A stretch of 64,000 bases of DNA from an uncultured Armatimonadetes bacterium (GCA_963716175.1 OY970296.1:2496001-2560000), one strand, 5' to 3'. Shown: positions 10,041 to 20,740, numbered from the stretch's first letter. The notes: generated by a model not told the origin, from the letters alone. Translations and numbers: made by a program.

Positions 10041-10913
10041 TCACCCGATCTGCCGCCAGGTTGCTCTTCGCTTCCGGCCGGAGCGTTTCGGCCGCGAACC
10101 GGTGATCTCCATCGCTATTCCCCTCGCCACCGCGGCCTCAACAACGGGCCGCAGGTCCGTCTCCTCGCGTGCCGGCGGCCGGGCGTGCAGGAAGAACTCC
10201 CGCGCTCCGCCCCGCCCCGAGGCGCGGCAGGGGATCACATCCCGAACCGGGATGCCGGATTCCCGCAGCCGCGGCAGGAGCCAGGCGAATACCGACTCCT
10301 GTAACAGCTCCGCTCCTGCCAGGCCGGCCAGCTTCGCTTCGTGCAGCGGCTTCACCAGCGCACATGCTTCCCGTTCCTGCGCCAGGAGGCTCCATGCCTT
10401 TGGCAACACTGTCGAGAGAGAACGGAAGGTCACATCCACGGTCGCCAAGCTGGGCGCAGGAACGAGTTCATCGGGCTGCAGCGCCATCACGTCCCGCCCC
10501 CCGAGGTCCATCACACGCGGGTCCGCGCGGAGGCGCTGGGCGAGCTGCCCGCGTGCGACATCCACCGCATAGACGCGGCTCGCGCCACAGGCCAGCAGAC
10601 AGTCGGTGAAACCGCCCCCCGCGGCGCCGATGTCCAGGGCGCACCGTCCGGCCACCGCGATCCCGAAAGCGGCCAGCGCCTCTGCTAACTTCTCGCCGCC
10701 GCGGGTGGCGTAGCGGCGACGTCTGCGGAATCGCACCTCCGCAGTCACCGGCACCGGCCTGGCCGCCTGATCCACCAGCTCTCCGTCAACGATGACTTCG
10801 CCCGACCAGATGGCGCGCCGCGCCGCTTCCAGGTCCGCGGAGAGCCCGCGATCCACCAATACTTCCTCCAGGCGCTTCCTCGCCGGACGGGCCGCCTTTG
10901 CCACGAAGCTCAC
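10041..10913 (-). CDS. tlyA: TlyA-family rRNA methyltransferase (S4 + FtsJ domains)
   Basis: RLEEVLV S4 domain, YATRGGEKL, LDIGAAGGGFTDCLL, DVTFRSL, LVKP; start approximate. Confidence 0.8.
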   Translation of the reverse strand: MSFVAKAARPARKRLEEVLVDRGLSADLEAARRAIWSGEVIVDGELVDQAARPVPVTAEVRFRRRRRYATRGGEKLAEALAAFGIAVAGRCALDIGAAGGGFTDCLLACGASRVYAVDVARGQLAQRLRADPRVMDLGGRDVMALQPDELVPAPSLATVDVTFRSLSTVLPKAWSLLAQEREACALVKPLHEAKLAGLAGAELLQESVFAWLLPRLRESGIPVRDVIPCRASGRGGAREFFLHARPPAREETDLRPVVEAAVARGIAMEITGSRPKRSGRKRRATWRQIG

Positions 10914-11089
10914 TCTCCCAGGCTGGGGGAGCACTTCGACCAGGGGCCCTTGCGCCCCTACCGCTCGAGGCGGACAAGGGCCGCCGAAGGAATCCGCGCG
11001 CTCCACGGCAAAGGGAAGCACACGACGAACCGGGTTGTAGCTTGCTCGTGGGTTAGCTCTATGACTATCCTGGCGACGGAGGTGCTGAG

Positions 11090-12181
11090 ATGGACAAGGT
11101 CGGCGTCGCGCTGCTGGGCTGTGGGTTCGTGGCCGGGATCCACGCGGACTGCTACCACCGGTTCGTCCCTGACGCGCGGATCGAGGCCGTGGTCGGGCGC
11201 AATGAGGCTAAGGTGAAGGCCTTCGCCGAGCGCTTCGGCATTCCGCGCTGGTTCACGGACTACCGCAAGGCGCTTGCGCTCGACCAGGTGCAGCTTGCGG
11301 ATCTGTGCATTCCCACTTACCTGCACGCCGAGGCCACCGTGGCCTCCGCCCAGGCCGGCAAGCACGTGATCTGCGAGAAGCCCCTCTGCATGAACCTGCA
11401 GGAGGCCGATCAGATGATCGCGGCCTGCCGCCAGGCTAAGGTCCATCTCATGTATGCGGAGGAGCTCTGCTTCACCCCCAAGTACGTCCGCGCCAAGCTG
11501 CTGGTGGATGAGGGAGCGCTTGGTAAGGTCTACCTGGTGAAGCAGAGCGAGAAGCACTTCGGCCCTCACGCCGACTGGTTCTGGGACGTGGAGCGCTCCG
11601 GCGGCGGGGTGATGCTGGACATGGGATGTCATGCCTTGGAGTTCTTCCGCTGGGTGCTGGGCAAGCCCAGGGCCACCTCGGTCTACGCCCATATGGGCAC
11701 CTACGTCCACAGCGATAAGACCAAGGGGGACGACAACTCCATCGCCATTGTCGAGTTCGAGGGAGGCGCGGTGGGGATGGCCGAGGAGAGCTGGGCGAGA
11801 CGGGGCGGGATGGACGACCGCGCCGAGATCTACGGCTCAGATGGCGTGACCTATGCCGACCTGCTGCACGGCAATTCCCTGGAAACCTACAGCGAAATCG
11901 GCTATGGCTACGCCGTGGAAAAGGCCCCTCAGACCAAGGGCTGGACCTTCACCATGTACGAGGAGGCCTGGAACTACGGGTTCCCGCAGGAGTTGGCGCA
12001 TTTCGTCGGCTGCGTGAAGGATGGCACTCAGCCCCTGGAGACCGGCGAAGATGGTCGCGCGGTGCTGGAGATCATCATGGCCACCTACGAATCCGCGGCC
12101 ACCGGCCGGCGGGTGGACCTGCCCTTCTCCACCAGCGCCAAGAGCCCGATCGAGCCCTGGCTCAAGCGGAAGCGGGCCTAG
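11090..12181 (+). CDS. Gfo/Idh/MocA family oxidoreductase
   Basis: LGCGFVA, HVICEKP, GGGVMLDMGCH. Confidence 0.92.
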   Translation: MDKVGVALLGCGFVAGIHADCYHRFVPDARIEAVVGRNEAKVKAFAERFGIPRWFTDYRKALALDQVQLADLCIPTYLHAEATVASAQAGKHVICEKPLCMNLQEADQMIAACRQAKVHLMYAEELCFTPKYVRAKLLVDEGALGKVYLVKQSEKHFGPHADWFWDVERSGGGVMLDMGCHALEFFRWVLGKPRATSVYAHMGTYVHSDKTKGDDNSIAIVEFEGGAVGMAEESWARRGGMDDRAEIYGSDGVTYADLLHGNSLETYSEIGYGYAVEKAPQTKGWTFTMYEEAWNYGFPQELAHFVGCVKDGTQPLETGEDGRAVLEIIMATYESAATGRRVDLPFSTSAKSPIEPWLKRKRA

Positions 12182-13399
12182 ATGGGGAACCAGAACGGTT
12201 CCAGTCGGGAACGGCTGCTGGCCGCCATTGAGGGCGCAGAGGGGGCGCCAGTCCCCTGTTGCTTCATGATCTTCCGCGCCCTCAGGGAGCGGTGCCGCGA
12301 TGAACTCGAGTTTGCCGCCCGTCAGGCCGAGATGGGGCTGGACACTCGCCTCCAGCTCGACGACTTGCCGCTGCGGCTTGCGCCGGAGGTCAAGGTTCGC
12401 GACTGGACGGAGCCCGCCTCCGGAGGCCGGCCGCCTTGTCTGCACCGGACCTATGAAACCCCCGCCGGGGCGCTCACGGCAAGCGTGAAGCTGACCGAGG
12501 ACTGGCCCTACGGCGCCAGGCTTCCTCTTTTCGGCGACTACATCACTCCTCGCGCCATCAAGTACCTGGTCACCGGACCCGAGGACGTGGATGCTCTGCG
12601 CTATCTCTTCCCCGCGCCCACCGCCCAAGATCGGGACGCCTTCTTTCGCGCCGCGGCCGAGCAGAAGCGCTTCGCCCACGAGCGCGGTCTGCTCTTCGCC
12701 GGCGGCTGGAGGTCAGATCGCTCGCGGCTCCCGGAGGACAAAGGCCTGACTGGCGAAAACGGAGGCACGGGAACCGTTGTTGACACGCTGATGTGGCTGT
12801 GCGGCGCCACCGAGCCGCTGCTGTGGGCCTACGACCAATCCAGCTTCCTTTCCCAGCTCCTCTCTCTTATCGAGGGCTGGAACCGCCAGCGATTGGAGAT
12901 GCACCTGGAGGCCGGCGTTGACCTGGTGGTGCGCCGCGCCTGGTACGAGGGCACCGAGTTCTGGTCCCCTCGCTTCTACCGCCAGTTCATACTCCCCGGC
13001 CTGCGAACGGAGGTGCAGCTCGCCCATCAGGCAGGCGCTCGCTATGGCTACATCATGACCAGCGGCATGGTTCCCCTGGCTGAGGATCTGCTCGCCTCCG
13101 GCGCGGATGTCATCATCGGTATCGATCCTGGTGAGGGGAAGGGCACCACCCTGGAGGAGGTGCGCGCTTCCTTCGGGGGCCGCATCGGCCTCTGGGGCGG
13201 GGTGAGCGGGCCGCTTGCGGTAGAGCAGGCAAGCGAGGGCCAGGTCCGGCAAGCAGTGCGGGAGGCGATGGACGCCTTCGCTCCCAGCGGTCGCTTCATC
13301 CTCTCTCCGGTGGACAACATCCGGGCCAGCGATGACCAGACCTGGCGTAACGTCAGCATCTTCATTGACACCTGGAGGGCGATGAGCGCGGCGGGGTGA
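12182..13399 (+). CDS. uroporphyrinogen decarboxylase-family (UroD-like) protein
   Basis: SRERLLAAI, YETPAGAL, FWSPRFYRQFILP, LWGGV, RFILSP. Confidence 0.75.
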   Translation: MGNQNGSSRERLLAAIEGAEGAPVPCCFMIFRALRERCRDELEFAARQAEMGLDTRLQLDDLPLRLAPEVKVRDWTEPASGGRPPCLHRTYETPAGALTASVKLTEDWPYGARLPLFGDYITPRAIKYLVTGPEDVDALRYLFPAPTAQDRDAFFRAAAEQKRFAHERGLLFAGGWRSDRSRLPEDKGLTGENGGTGTVVDTLMWLCGATEPLLWAYDQSSFLSQLLSLIEGWNRQRLEMHLEAGVDLVVRRAWYEGTEFWSPRFYRQFILPGLRTEVQLAHQAGARYGYIMTSGMVPLAEDLLASGADVIIGIDPGEGKGTTLEEVRASFGGRIGLWGGVSGPLAVEQASEGQVRQAVREAMDAFAPSGRFILSPVDNIRASDDQTWRNVSIFIDTWRAMSAAG

Positions 13400-13461
13400 G
13401 CGCCGCGGGGTGCGCCCGGCTAGTCTCCCGGAGTGGACGACCAGAGGGGGCGCCGGCGCTG

Positions 13462-14385
13462 TCAGCTATCCCAGAACAGCTTCGCGGCCCCCAGCAGCGC
13501 GGCTGAATCGCCCAGGGCTGAACGCTCCAGCCGCACCTTCCCTCCCTGGGTGGTCGTGGCGCCCACCACCTCCGCCAAGGGCCCGCGGAAGTGATCGAAG
13601 GACCGGGAAATGGATCCTCCGAAGACCACGACCTCCGGGTCCAGCAGGTTCACCAGAAACGAGATCACAGCCCCCAGCGTGCGGCCGAAGGAGGCGAAGG
13701 CCTTCAGGGCGCGCTCATCGCCTCGCTCGGCGAGGGCTGCAATCTCCGCGCCGCTCGGGGCTTGCCCGCCGGCCGTGTGGCGGGACTGCGCCAACGCGCG
13801 TTGGTAACTGCGCTCGATCGCGCTGGCGCAGACCTGGGCCTCCAGAAAGCTGTCCCCCATAGGAGTGTTCCAGATCTCGCCGGCGAAGCCGTGGCTGCCC
13901 CGGTAGGCCTGCCCCCCGATGACGATGCCGACCCCGATCCCCGTGCCCAGCGTTACTCCGCACAGGTTCGATGCGCCCTTCCCAGCCCCCATCCACCATT
14001 CGCCCACGGCAAAGCAGCAAGCATCGTTGGCCACCGTCACCGGTAGCCCTAGCCGGGCCTCGAGATGGCGGCCCAGGTAGAGCCCGCCGAGTGTGGGCAG
14101 GTTTGGGCACGGGATCACCTGCCCCTCACTGTCCAAGACGGTGGCGATCCCAACCGCGGCGCCAGCGATCGCGCCTTCTGCCTCCCCGGCCTGCTGGGCC
14201 TCCCCGATCACCCTCAGCAGATCCGCGATGATCTCCGCCTGCGGTCTGCCGGCCTCGGTCGGCCGGCGCGCGACCGGCCCGGTTGCGCCGAGCGCGGAGA
14301 CAACCGCAGCTCTCATCCAGGTGCCGCCCAGATCAACCGCGGTCACCTGCCCGCCCCCACGACTGTGAGCAATGCTGGCGCACAT
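13462..14385 (-). CDS. ROK family sugar kinase
   Basis: VDLGGT, NDA, TLGTGIGVGI, GFAGEI, GAA; start may be GTG 14346. Confidence 0.9.
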   Translation of the reverse strand: MCASIAHSRGGGQVTAVDLGGTWMRAAVVSALGATGPVARRPTEAGRPQAEIIADLLRVIGEAQQAGEAEGAIAGAAVGIATVLDSEGQVIPCPNLPTLGGLYLGRHLEARLGLPVTVANDACCFAVGEWWMGAGKGASNLCGVTLGTGIGVGIVIGGQAYRGSHGFAGEIWNTPMGDSFLEAQVCASAIERSYQRALAQSRHTAGGQAPSGAEIAALAERGDERALKAFASFGRTLGAVISFLVNLLDPEVVVFGGSISRSFDHFRGPLAEVVGATTTQGGKVRLERSALGDSAALLGAAKLFWDS

Positions 14386-14505
14386 TCAGCTCACGGCCTT
14401 CTTCTCTTCCGCGTTTCCTCCCTTCACCGCCTCACTACGTCACGCACCCCGGGCAGGCTGCCCGGGGTGCGTTTGTTCCGCGTGGTATGGGTGCTGCCTC
14501 CGGCG

Positions 14506-14846
14506 CTACCAGCGGGGTCCCCGGCCTCGCGGGGCGCCGCCACCGCTTCGACCGCCCCGCCGGAAGCCGCCGCCCCCTCCGCCACCACCGGGGCCGCGCC
14601 CCGGTCGTCCCGCTCGCGCTTGGGCCGGGCCTCGTCCACTCGCAGCGCGCGGCCCTTGAGATCGCGTCCGTTCATCGCCGCAATCGCCTCCGCGGCCTTG
14701 TCATCGGGGAGATCCACGAACGCGAACCCCTTGCCCTCGATCACCCGGACTGCCTCCAGAGGCCCGAACTGGGCGAATAGCTCCCGCAGCTCGTCCTCCG
14801 TTGTGCCGTGGGGCAGGTTCCCCACATACAAACTCTTGGTCGGCAT
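14506..14846 (-). CDS. RRM RNA-binding protein with Gly-rich tail (frameshift at ~14600)
   Basis: LYVGNL and KGFAFV RNP motifs; adding one G to the run at 14599-14602 gives DRGRGPGGGGGGGFRRGGRSGGGAPRGRGPRW*. Confidence 0.88.
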
Positions 14847-15074
14847 TGCGACTCCTCTCTTTCCCACCGTAGCCTGGCTCGGCCTCTGGGATCTCTCACC
14901 GCATGGCCCGTCGCCGCCGCAATCCTCGCCCCTTGCTCCACCCGCCAGGCAGGCGCCTCAGTGGCGCGACAGAGGACGTGCGCGCAGCGCCTGCCCCTAT
15001 TCTGCCGCCTTGGTGGGGTTCCTGCCCTCCCTGCAGCCGCTCTGTTCCCTCCCTGGCCCACGGGCGGCCCCCCT

Positions 15075-15923
15075 TTAGGCCTCTCGGCCCGGGGCACGGC
15101 CGGCGGGCAAGCCCGCCACTATGCCCCGCGCGTTCCCACCTAGCACCAGCTCGGCCGCGCCGGGCTGAGGGAAGACCTGGGTGAAGTAGTGCCTCCAGAA
15201 CAGCACCCGTTCCTGCCAGGTGCGAATCCTGCCGCGGTGGTCCTGGCCCTCGGGAGTGAGCAAGTTGATGTCCGTGCCCATCAGCATCTTGCTGGCGATG
15301 CCATGGACCGTCATCGCCCGCGCCACCGCATCCAGGAACACGCCGATGTAGCCACTGGTATCGAGGAAGAAGTTGGGATGAGTGAGCGCCATCCCCATGG
15401 CGGCCTCGCAGTGCGGCCAGCCGAAATGGGCGGCGATCACGGTGAGAGACGGGAACTGTTTGATCACGACATCGAGCCGCTCCACGTGCATCCAATCGGT
15501 GGACCGGGAGCGATGCCCTGCCGCGTGGGGGTAGTGATCCAGCGTATCCGCCCAGGCCTGCCCGGTATGGAACAGGATCGGCATCCCCAGCGCCTCCGCG
15601 CGCTGGTAGATGGGGAAGAACGAGTCGTCATCCCAGGGCCTCGGAGGAGTGTGGGCCTTCAGTCCCACGAATCCGCGCCCCTTCTGGCGGTCCACCCAGT
15701 CGGGCCCCTCCGCCAGCTGGAGATAGCCAAACGGGATGATCTTGCCTTTGAGATCGCGCGCCAGCTCCAGCACCACCTCATCGTTGTCCCGGACCCCCGT
15801 CCAGTGGGTGAGCGGAGCCGAAAGCGCCCAGACCTCATCCACGAAGCCGAGAGAGAAGGCAGTCTCGAGCTCCCGCGCGGTGAAGCCTTGCGGCAGGTGG
15901 CAGTGCGCGTCTACGACCAGCAT
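15075..15923 (-). CDS. amidohydrolase_2 family metal-dependent hydrolase
   Basis: DAHCH, GLKAH, ILFHTG, AHFGWP, DTS, MGTD. Confidence 0.85.
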   Translation of the reverse strand: MLVVDAHCHLPQGFTARELETAFSLGFVDEVWALSAPLTHWTGVRDNDEVVLELARDLKGKIIPFGYLQLAEGPDWVDRQKGRGFVGLKAHTPPRPWDDDSFFPIYQRAEALGMPILFHTGQAWADTLDHYPHAAGHRSRSTDWMHVERLDVVIKQFPSLTVIAAHFGWPHCEAAMGMALTHPNFFLDTSGYIGVFLDAVARAMTVHGIASKMLMGTDINLLTPEGQDHRGRIRTWQERVLFWRHYFTQVFPQPGAAELVLGGNARGIVAGLPAGRAPGREA

Positions 15924-15956
15924 CGAACTCCTCCTCTGTCCAGAAGATGGCCAGAC

Positions 15957-15980
15957 CCCTCGCTTCGCTCGGGGCAGGCT
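15957..15980. repeat. short 'CCTGCCCYGAGCGAAGC' intergenic repeat (second copy at ~33535-33558)
   Basis: Reverse complement agcctgccccgagcgaagcgaggg matches cctgccctgagcgaagccgaaggg at 33535. Confidence 0.55.
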
Positions 15981-16010
15981 TACCCCCTGCCCAGGCCCGG
16001 TCCTGCAGCG

Positions 16011-16058
16011 GCTTGCCCGCCGGCCGCGTGGAGGGCTTGCCCGCCGGTCGTGTGGAGG
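16011..16058. repeat. two tandem copies of a 24-bp palindromic repeat GCYTGCCCGCCGGCCGTGTGGMGG
   Basis: Further copies at 407-430, 13760-13783, 15095-15112, 28015-28038, 35122-35145, 58148-58171. Confidence 0.8.
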
Positions 16059-16146
16059 ACAGGAGAGTTGAGCCGGAATATGGCTAACATCAGTCCGGGA
16101 CAGGGGGCAAGTGCCTGCCCAACGACATCAATGGAGCCCTGCTGCC

Positions 16147-16956
16147 ATGCCAAGCATATCTGCCAGGTGCCTCGCCGAAACCGACCTCTACCCTCCTCTC
16201 TATCACTATCTGGTGGCCCAGGGATACACTGTCAGAAGTGAAGTGAACTACTGCGACATCACCGCCGCCAGGGGCGATGATCTGATCGTGATCGAGCTCA
16301 AGCGAAGCTTCAGCATTGAGCTGCTCATCCAGGCCACGCGGCGCCAGCGGATCACCGACTCCGTCTATGTGGCCCTTCCCCGGCCCCGCCCCAGCCGGAG
16401 ATGGAACGGTATCCGTCATCTCCTGCGGCGGCTGGAGCTGGGCCTGATCTTGGTCTCCTTCCGCGGGAAGACACCGCGGCTGGAGGTGGTCTTCCATCCG
16501 CTTCCCTTCGACCGCAAGCAGCGCACTCAAGCCAGACGCGCCGTGCTCACCGAGATCGCGCGCCGTTCCGCCGATCTCAACGCGGCCGGCAGCCATCGCC
16601 GCAAGATCGTCACCGCCTACCGCGAGCACGCAGTCCACATCGCCTGCTGTCTCGCCGAGCTGGGGCCGCTTTCGCCGCGACAGCTCCGGACCCTGGGCGC
16701 CGGGCCCAAGGCGCAGTCCATCCTTTACCACGACTTCTATGGCTGGTTCGACCGGATCGGGAGAGGCCAGTATGCCCTCCGGCCGCAGGGGCAGGCCGAG
16801 CTGGCGCAGTATCCTAGCCTGGTGCAGCACTACCGCACCCTGCTGGCGGGAGCTTCCGCTCCTGCCCAACATGGAGATGTCAGTGGCCCTCAGCTACCAG
16901 ACCGAAGACTGGGACCGCTACCACATGGATTACTACCATCCTCACCGCGTGCTTGA
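16147..16956 (+). CDS. DUF2161-like putative PD-(D/E)XK protein
   Basis: ETDLYPPL, VRSEVNYCDI, VIELK, QATRRQ, IVTAYRE, YGWFDRI. Confidence 0.8.
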   Translation: MPSISARCLAETDLYPPLYHYLVAQGYTVRSEVNYCDITAARGDDLIVIELKRSFSIELLIQATRRQRITDSVYVALPRPRPSRRWNGIRHLLRRLELGLILVSFRGKTPRLEVVFHPLPFDRKQRTQARRAVLTEIARRSADLNAAGSHRRKIVTAYREHAVHIACCLAELGPLSPRQLRTLGAGPKAQSILYHDFYGWFDRIGRGQYALRPQGQAELAQYPSLVQHYRTLLAGASAPAQHGDVSGPQLPDRRLGPLPHGLLPSSPRA

Positions 16957-17626
16957 GCCGCTGGAGGAGGAGATCTCGGCGGTGGCGGGCGCGCTCAGTG
17001 CGCTTCAGCGAGCAGGTATCCTGCCGCACGCCAGCTACGACCAGGCCAGGATGTTGGCCCATCGCCGGGCGGTGGCCGAGGGCTTCGACATCCCCTGGAC
17101 TGCGATCACGCCGCGCATGCAGCGTCTCCTTTATGCCGTCAATGCCATCGTCGGGCCGGAGAACATGATCGCCGCCGGCGTCTTCTGCGGGTTCACCTTC
17201 ATCTCCAACGCCGGAGCCGCCGTGGGCCCGGGCGCATGCTACACCGCCCGCAACCTGATCGGGGTCGAGATCAAGCCGAAAGAGGCGCAGCGGGCGGAGC
17301 GCAACGTCAGGCGCATTGACCCCACCGGCGTGGCCCGCGTGCTCGCGGCGGACGCCGTCGAGGTGGTGGCCAGCTTCCCCGAGCCCATCCACCTTCTCTA
17401 CCTGGACGCCGACGGCGACGGAGGCAGGGGCAAAGGGATCTACCTCGACATCCTGGAGGCCGGCTACGAGCGCATGCCCTCAGGCAGCCTCGTGTTGGCC
17501 CACAACAGCGTCAACCTCGCCGGCCTGCTGAGACACTATCTGGACTACGTCCGTGATCCTGGCCGCTTTCGGGCGAGCGTCAACGTCATCCTGGACCCCG
17601 AAGGGCTGGAGGTGTCCGTCAAGTGA
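16883..17626 (+). CDS. class I SAM-dependent methyltransferase
   Basis: AGVFCGFT, IGVEI, LLYLDAD, LVLAHNS; start 16871 or 16883. Confidence 0.7.
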   Translation: MALSYQTEDWDRYHMDYYHPHRVLEPLEEEISAVAGALSALQRAGILPHASYDQARMLAHRRAVAEGFDIPWTAITPRMQRLLYAVNAIVGPENMIAAGVFCGFTFISNAGAAVGPGACYTARNLIGVEIKPKEAQRAERNVRRIDPTGVARVLAADAVEVVASFPEPIHLLYLDADGDGGRGKGIYLDILEAGYERMPSGSLVLAHNSVNLAGLLRHYLDYVRDPGRFRASVNVILDPEGLEVSVK

Positions 17627-17664
17627 CGAAGTGGCTGGCCTGTGAGGGACGCGCGAGCCCGACC

Positions 17665-19890
17665 TCACAGGCGGCCAAAGACCACCGGCCGCTCCTGCTG
17701 GCGGAACCCGAAATCGGCTCCGCTCGCCCGCTGCCCTGGCTCGAGGCGAAACGACCAGGAGCTGGGAGGAACGGGGCTGAGTAGAGGGTCACGCGGCTGG
17801 TCCGGGAGCGCAACCGTGTACCGGCCCGGCCTCAAGCCGCTGAACTGATAGCGCCCTTGGTCATCGCTTGTGGTGCGCGCCCCGGTGTTCAGCTCCACTG
17901 CCACTCCCGCCAGAGGCGCTTGCTGCCCGGAGCCGGTCTCGACATACACCCGGCCGCTGATCAGGCAGAGGCGGGTGACCGTGAAGTCAGCCCGGCCTCT
18001 CTCCTGCGGTGTTGCGAACACAGTGCGTGCTCGCAGGTCGCCCTCCAGGTCGGCGGGAATCCGCTCTGGGTCCAGCCTCAGCGTGTGGCGGCCTTCGCTC
18101 ACCGCGAGGAACTGATAGCTCCCGTCGGACCGGGTCACCGCCACCTCTCCGTCATCTAGCAAGACAGCCACGTCCGGAACGCCCCGACCCGCATCATCTC
18201 TCACCTGGCCCCCGATGTGGGCTGTTCCTGCTCCCGCTCGGCCCGGCCCTCCGAAGGCCAGCGCGGCTTGCACTGCGAAGGCCATCTCCGGACCTGAGCT
18301 TGGCAGTCCGGAGTCGAAGCTGCCGTAGCGCACTGAAACCACCTGGTCTCGCGCCGGCCGCCATTCGATTCTGCATTCGGGATGGACAGCAGAACTCTCC
18401 CAGGCCAGCGCGGTTTGCACACGCACCCGCCTGCTGACGGGAGAGTAGGTTCCGAGGCGATAGCTGCGGCCGCCCCCGCCGTCCCCGGTCGGTGGTGCGC
18501 TTGAGCTCAGGAACATCTGCCGGCCGGAGGCTGCGGCCCGCGACAGGCTCCATTCCAGACCCGATTGGCCCGTACCCTCTCGCATGGCGACATACCGCAC
18601 GATGCCCGCCACAGGCCGGCGGAAGAAGGAGATGGAGAAGGCGTCGGACAGCCAGCCCTCTCCCGACGACGTGCCCCGCGCTCGCTCCACAGCAGCCTGG
18701 GCGCGGCCCAGGCTCCACCGCAGGCCCAGCGCGCTGGCCTCGTCCTGATACCATCCCTCCACCGCTGAGGCGCGGCCCAGGATCGCGAGCGCCGGCGTTG
18801 CTTTCACCTGCCCCCACAAGGCCCGGCGCCGGTTCTCGCTGCCCTCCAGCGCTGACGAATAGAGGGAGAAGCGTGGTCTTTCCCAACGCGCTGAAGTGTA
18901 GTAAGACCCGTCGGCGGCGATGCCCGCTTCCGTCGTCAACTCTCGCCCCGCCCGCGTCTCGGCTCGCAGGGAGAGCTGACCCTTGGCCCGTTCGCCAGGC
19001 CTAGCCGTGGGTAGCATGACTGAGGCCCCAGCCCTGGTGCTGTCCGAGAGCGCCGTGGAGAACATGATACCGGTGGCCGTGCCGAATAGAGGATCGAACA
19101 CATCACCTAGCTGATAGCGGCGCCCTGCTTCGCTGATATCCATGTTGAAATAGGACAGCACTGGGCTGAAGGGTGAGCTCGGGTCGAGTCCGCGCTGCCG
19201 GCTCTCGAGCGTGTACAGCGGTGGCCCGATGCTCTCCTGGTAGATGCCCCGGCTCGCAGGCCCGCTTAGCCCGGAGGTGCGCGACAGCCCCAGGTTCATA
19301 GCTATCGGTGAGATGTCAGCCCAGGTGCGATCGCGCGTCGTTTCCACCACCAGTTGCGCCAGCGACAGCGGCCGCGTGATCTGTGTAGGCAGAGGAGCCG
19401 GGCTGGATACGGTCGGCTTCTTCACCTCGAAGGTCTCGAATGACGGCCCTTCGGCTTCGCCCTTGTTCTTTGGCCCTGCGCCGCCGTTGGCAGCCGACCC
19501 GGCCTCAGAACCCAGGAGCAGGGCAATCTCTCTTGGCGTCGCCCAGGCCTCACCATCGCGGATCACTGGGGCCCCATCCCTCTGCCCCGAGCGTCGTCTG
19601 CCGCCTGCCTTCTGTGCGTCGGAGGATACGCCGACAACTCTGGACTGGCTGCCATCAGGGCGGATGATGTGGATATCAGTGCCGTTGATTACTACGATCA
19701 CGCCCAGCTGCGCGGCGGTAGTGGATAGGGGCAGGCGCTGCGCATCGGCCAGAGCTTCTGGCGGCAGCGCCGCCACGGCCCTACCGGTGCTAACGGCAGA
19801 CCCGGAGGCGATCTCGCTGGCCCGCGCCGCTCCCATGGCGAGCAGCAAGGTGGCGATCGAGCCGACCACGCTCGCGAGCCGAGACCTCAT
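17665..19890 (-). CDS. exported usher/porin-like protein with two C-terminal carboxypeptidase-regulatory/SdrD-B-like domains
   Basis: Signal peptide; central beta-strand-rich region; two repeats of I.G.V...G..GV.V.L...T..DG.YQF..L..G.Y/H; last gene of a pilin-chaperone operon. Confidence 0.6.
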   Translation of the reverse strand: MRSRLASVVGSIATLLLAMGAARASEIASGSAVSTGRAVAALPPEALADAQRLPLSTTAAQLGVIVVINGTDIHIIRPDGSQSRVVGVSSDAQKAGGRRRSGQRDGAPVIRDGEAWATPREIALLLGSEAGSAANGGAGPKNKGEAEGPSFETFEVKKPTVSSPAPLPTQITRPLSLAQLVVETTRDRTWADISPIAMNLGLSRTSGLSGPASRGIYQESIGPPLYTLESRQRGLDPSSPFSPVLSYFNMDISEAGRRYQLGDVFDPLFGTATGIMFSTALSDSTRAGASVMLPTARPGERAKGQLSLRAETRAGRELTTEAGIAADGSYYTSARWERPRFSLYSSALEGSENRRRALWGQVKATPALAILGRASAVEGWYQDEASALGLRWSLGRAQAAVERARGTSSGEGWLSDAFSISFFRRPVAGIVRYVAMREGTGQSGLEWSLSRAAASGRQMFLSSSAPPTGDGGGGRSYRLGTYSPVSRRVRVQTALAWESSAVHPECRIEWRPARDQVVSVRYGSFDSGLPSSGPEMAFAVQAALAFGGPGRAGAGTAHIGGQVRDDAGRGVPDVAVLLDDGEVAVTRSDGSYQFLAVSEGRHTLRLDPERIPADLEGDLRARTVFATPQERGRADFTVTRLCLISGRVYVETGSGQQAPLAGVAVELNTGARTTSDDQGRYQFSGLRPGRYTVALPDQPRDPLLSPVPPSSWSFRLEPGQRASGADFGFRQQERPVVFGRL

Positions 19891-20687
19891 TTTCCACCTG
19901 TGGGCCCCATCGCCAGCTTCGTGCGCGCGCCCAGCAGCGAGGGCCCGCCGCAGTCGAGGACGGCGGTGACTTCATATTCACCATCGGCCAGTCCCGCGAA
20001 CGCCTCCTTGCTCAGCTTCACCTGATGCCGGTTGAAGGGAGCGGGCAGGACCACGAAAGCGTTGAGATCGCTGGCTCGCACCAGCTCCCCGGAGCGTCGG
20101 ATCTCCAACCTTCCGGTGAACCGGAGGTGTCCCGGCCCGGCATTCTCGATCACCAGCAGCCCCATCTCCGGTCCCACGTTGAACTCCGCCACCCGCGCTT
20201 GCGCCGGGGCGGCTGCTCCGGACTGAACGTAGATAATGGTGCCGATCCGGGGGATCACCCGGGAGGGCGCGCCTCGCAGCGACAGCGCTTGTGCTTCCGC
20301 CTCGAAGATCACCACGGTCCGGGTCTCACCCACCGCGTCGGAGGGGACGCGGACGGTATAGCGCACCTGCTGGGAATCCCCGGGCGCCAGATCGAACTCA
20401 GAGGGGGTGAGCGCTACCCAGCCGCTAGCCGACTGCGGCAACCTCCCCGCGCTCACGAAGATCACCACCCCATCCGGCCGCAGCGTCCAGTCCTGGCAGT
20501 AGGCCTTGATGTGCTGGCGATTGGCCCCCGTGTTCGTTATCTGGATGGCGTCAGTGTGGGCACGACCCGGGTCAACCTGGAGCTCCAGGGTGAGCGGGGA
20601 GACCTCAATGGAGCAGACGCTGGCCGCGCTGGCGGCGCCGGCGAAGAGCAGGATCCCCAAAGCACAGGCCGTGATCACCTTGTACAT
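19887..20687 (-). CDS. fimbrial chaperone-like (PapD/DUF916-like) exported protein
   Basis: Signal peptide; IEVSP, I.N.G, SASGWVAL.P.EF.L.PG..Q.VRY.V.VP, IEN.G..H.R; RBS GGAGGAGG. Confidence 0.7.
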   Translation of the reverse strand: MYKVITACALGILLFAGAASAASVCSIEVSPLTLELQVDPGRAHTDAIQITNTGANRQHIKAYCQDWTLRPDGVVIFVSAGRLPQSASGWVALTPSEFDLAPGDSQQVRYTVRVPSDAVGETRTVVIFEAEAQALSLRGAPSRVIPRIGTIIYVQSGAAAPAQARVAEFNVGPEMGLLVIENAGPGHLRFTGRLEIRRSGELVRASDLNAFVVLPAPFNRHQVKLSKEAFAGLADGEYEVTAVLDCGGPSLLGARTKLAMGPTGGK

Positions 20688-20740
20688 CTTGTGCCTCCTC
20701 CGCTCCTGGGTAGAGCATGTCCGCAGCAGTCGGTAACCTC

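Noticed and set aside
16871-16956. Functional overlap between the DUF2161 and methyltransferase genes
   Set aside because: The DUF2161 tail is low-information and may reflect a lost stop or an indel error; no evidence of function
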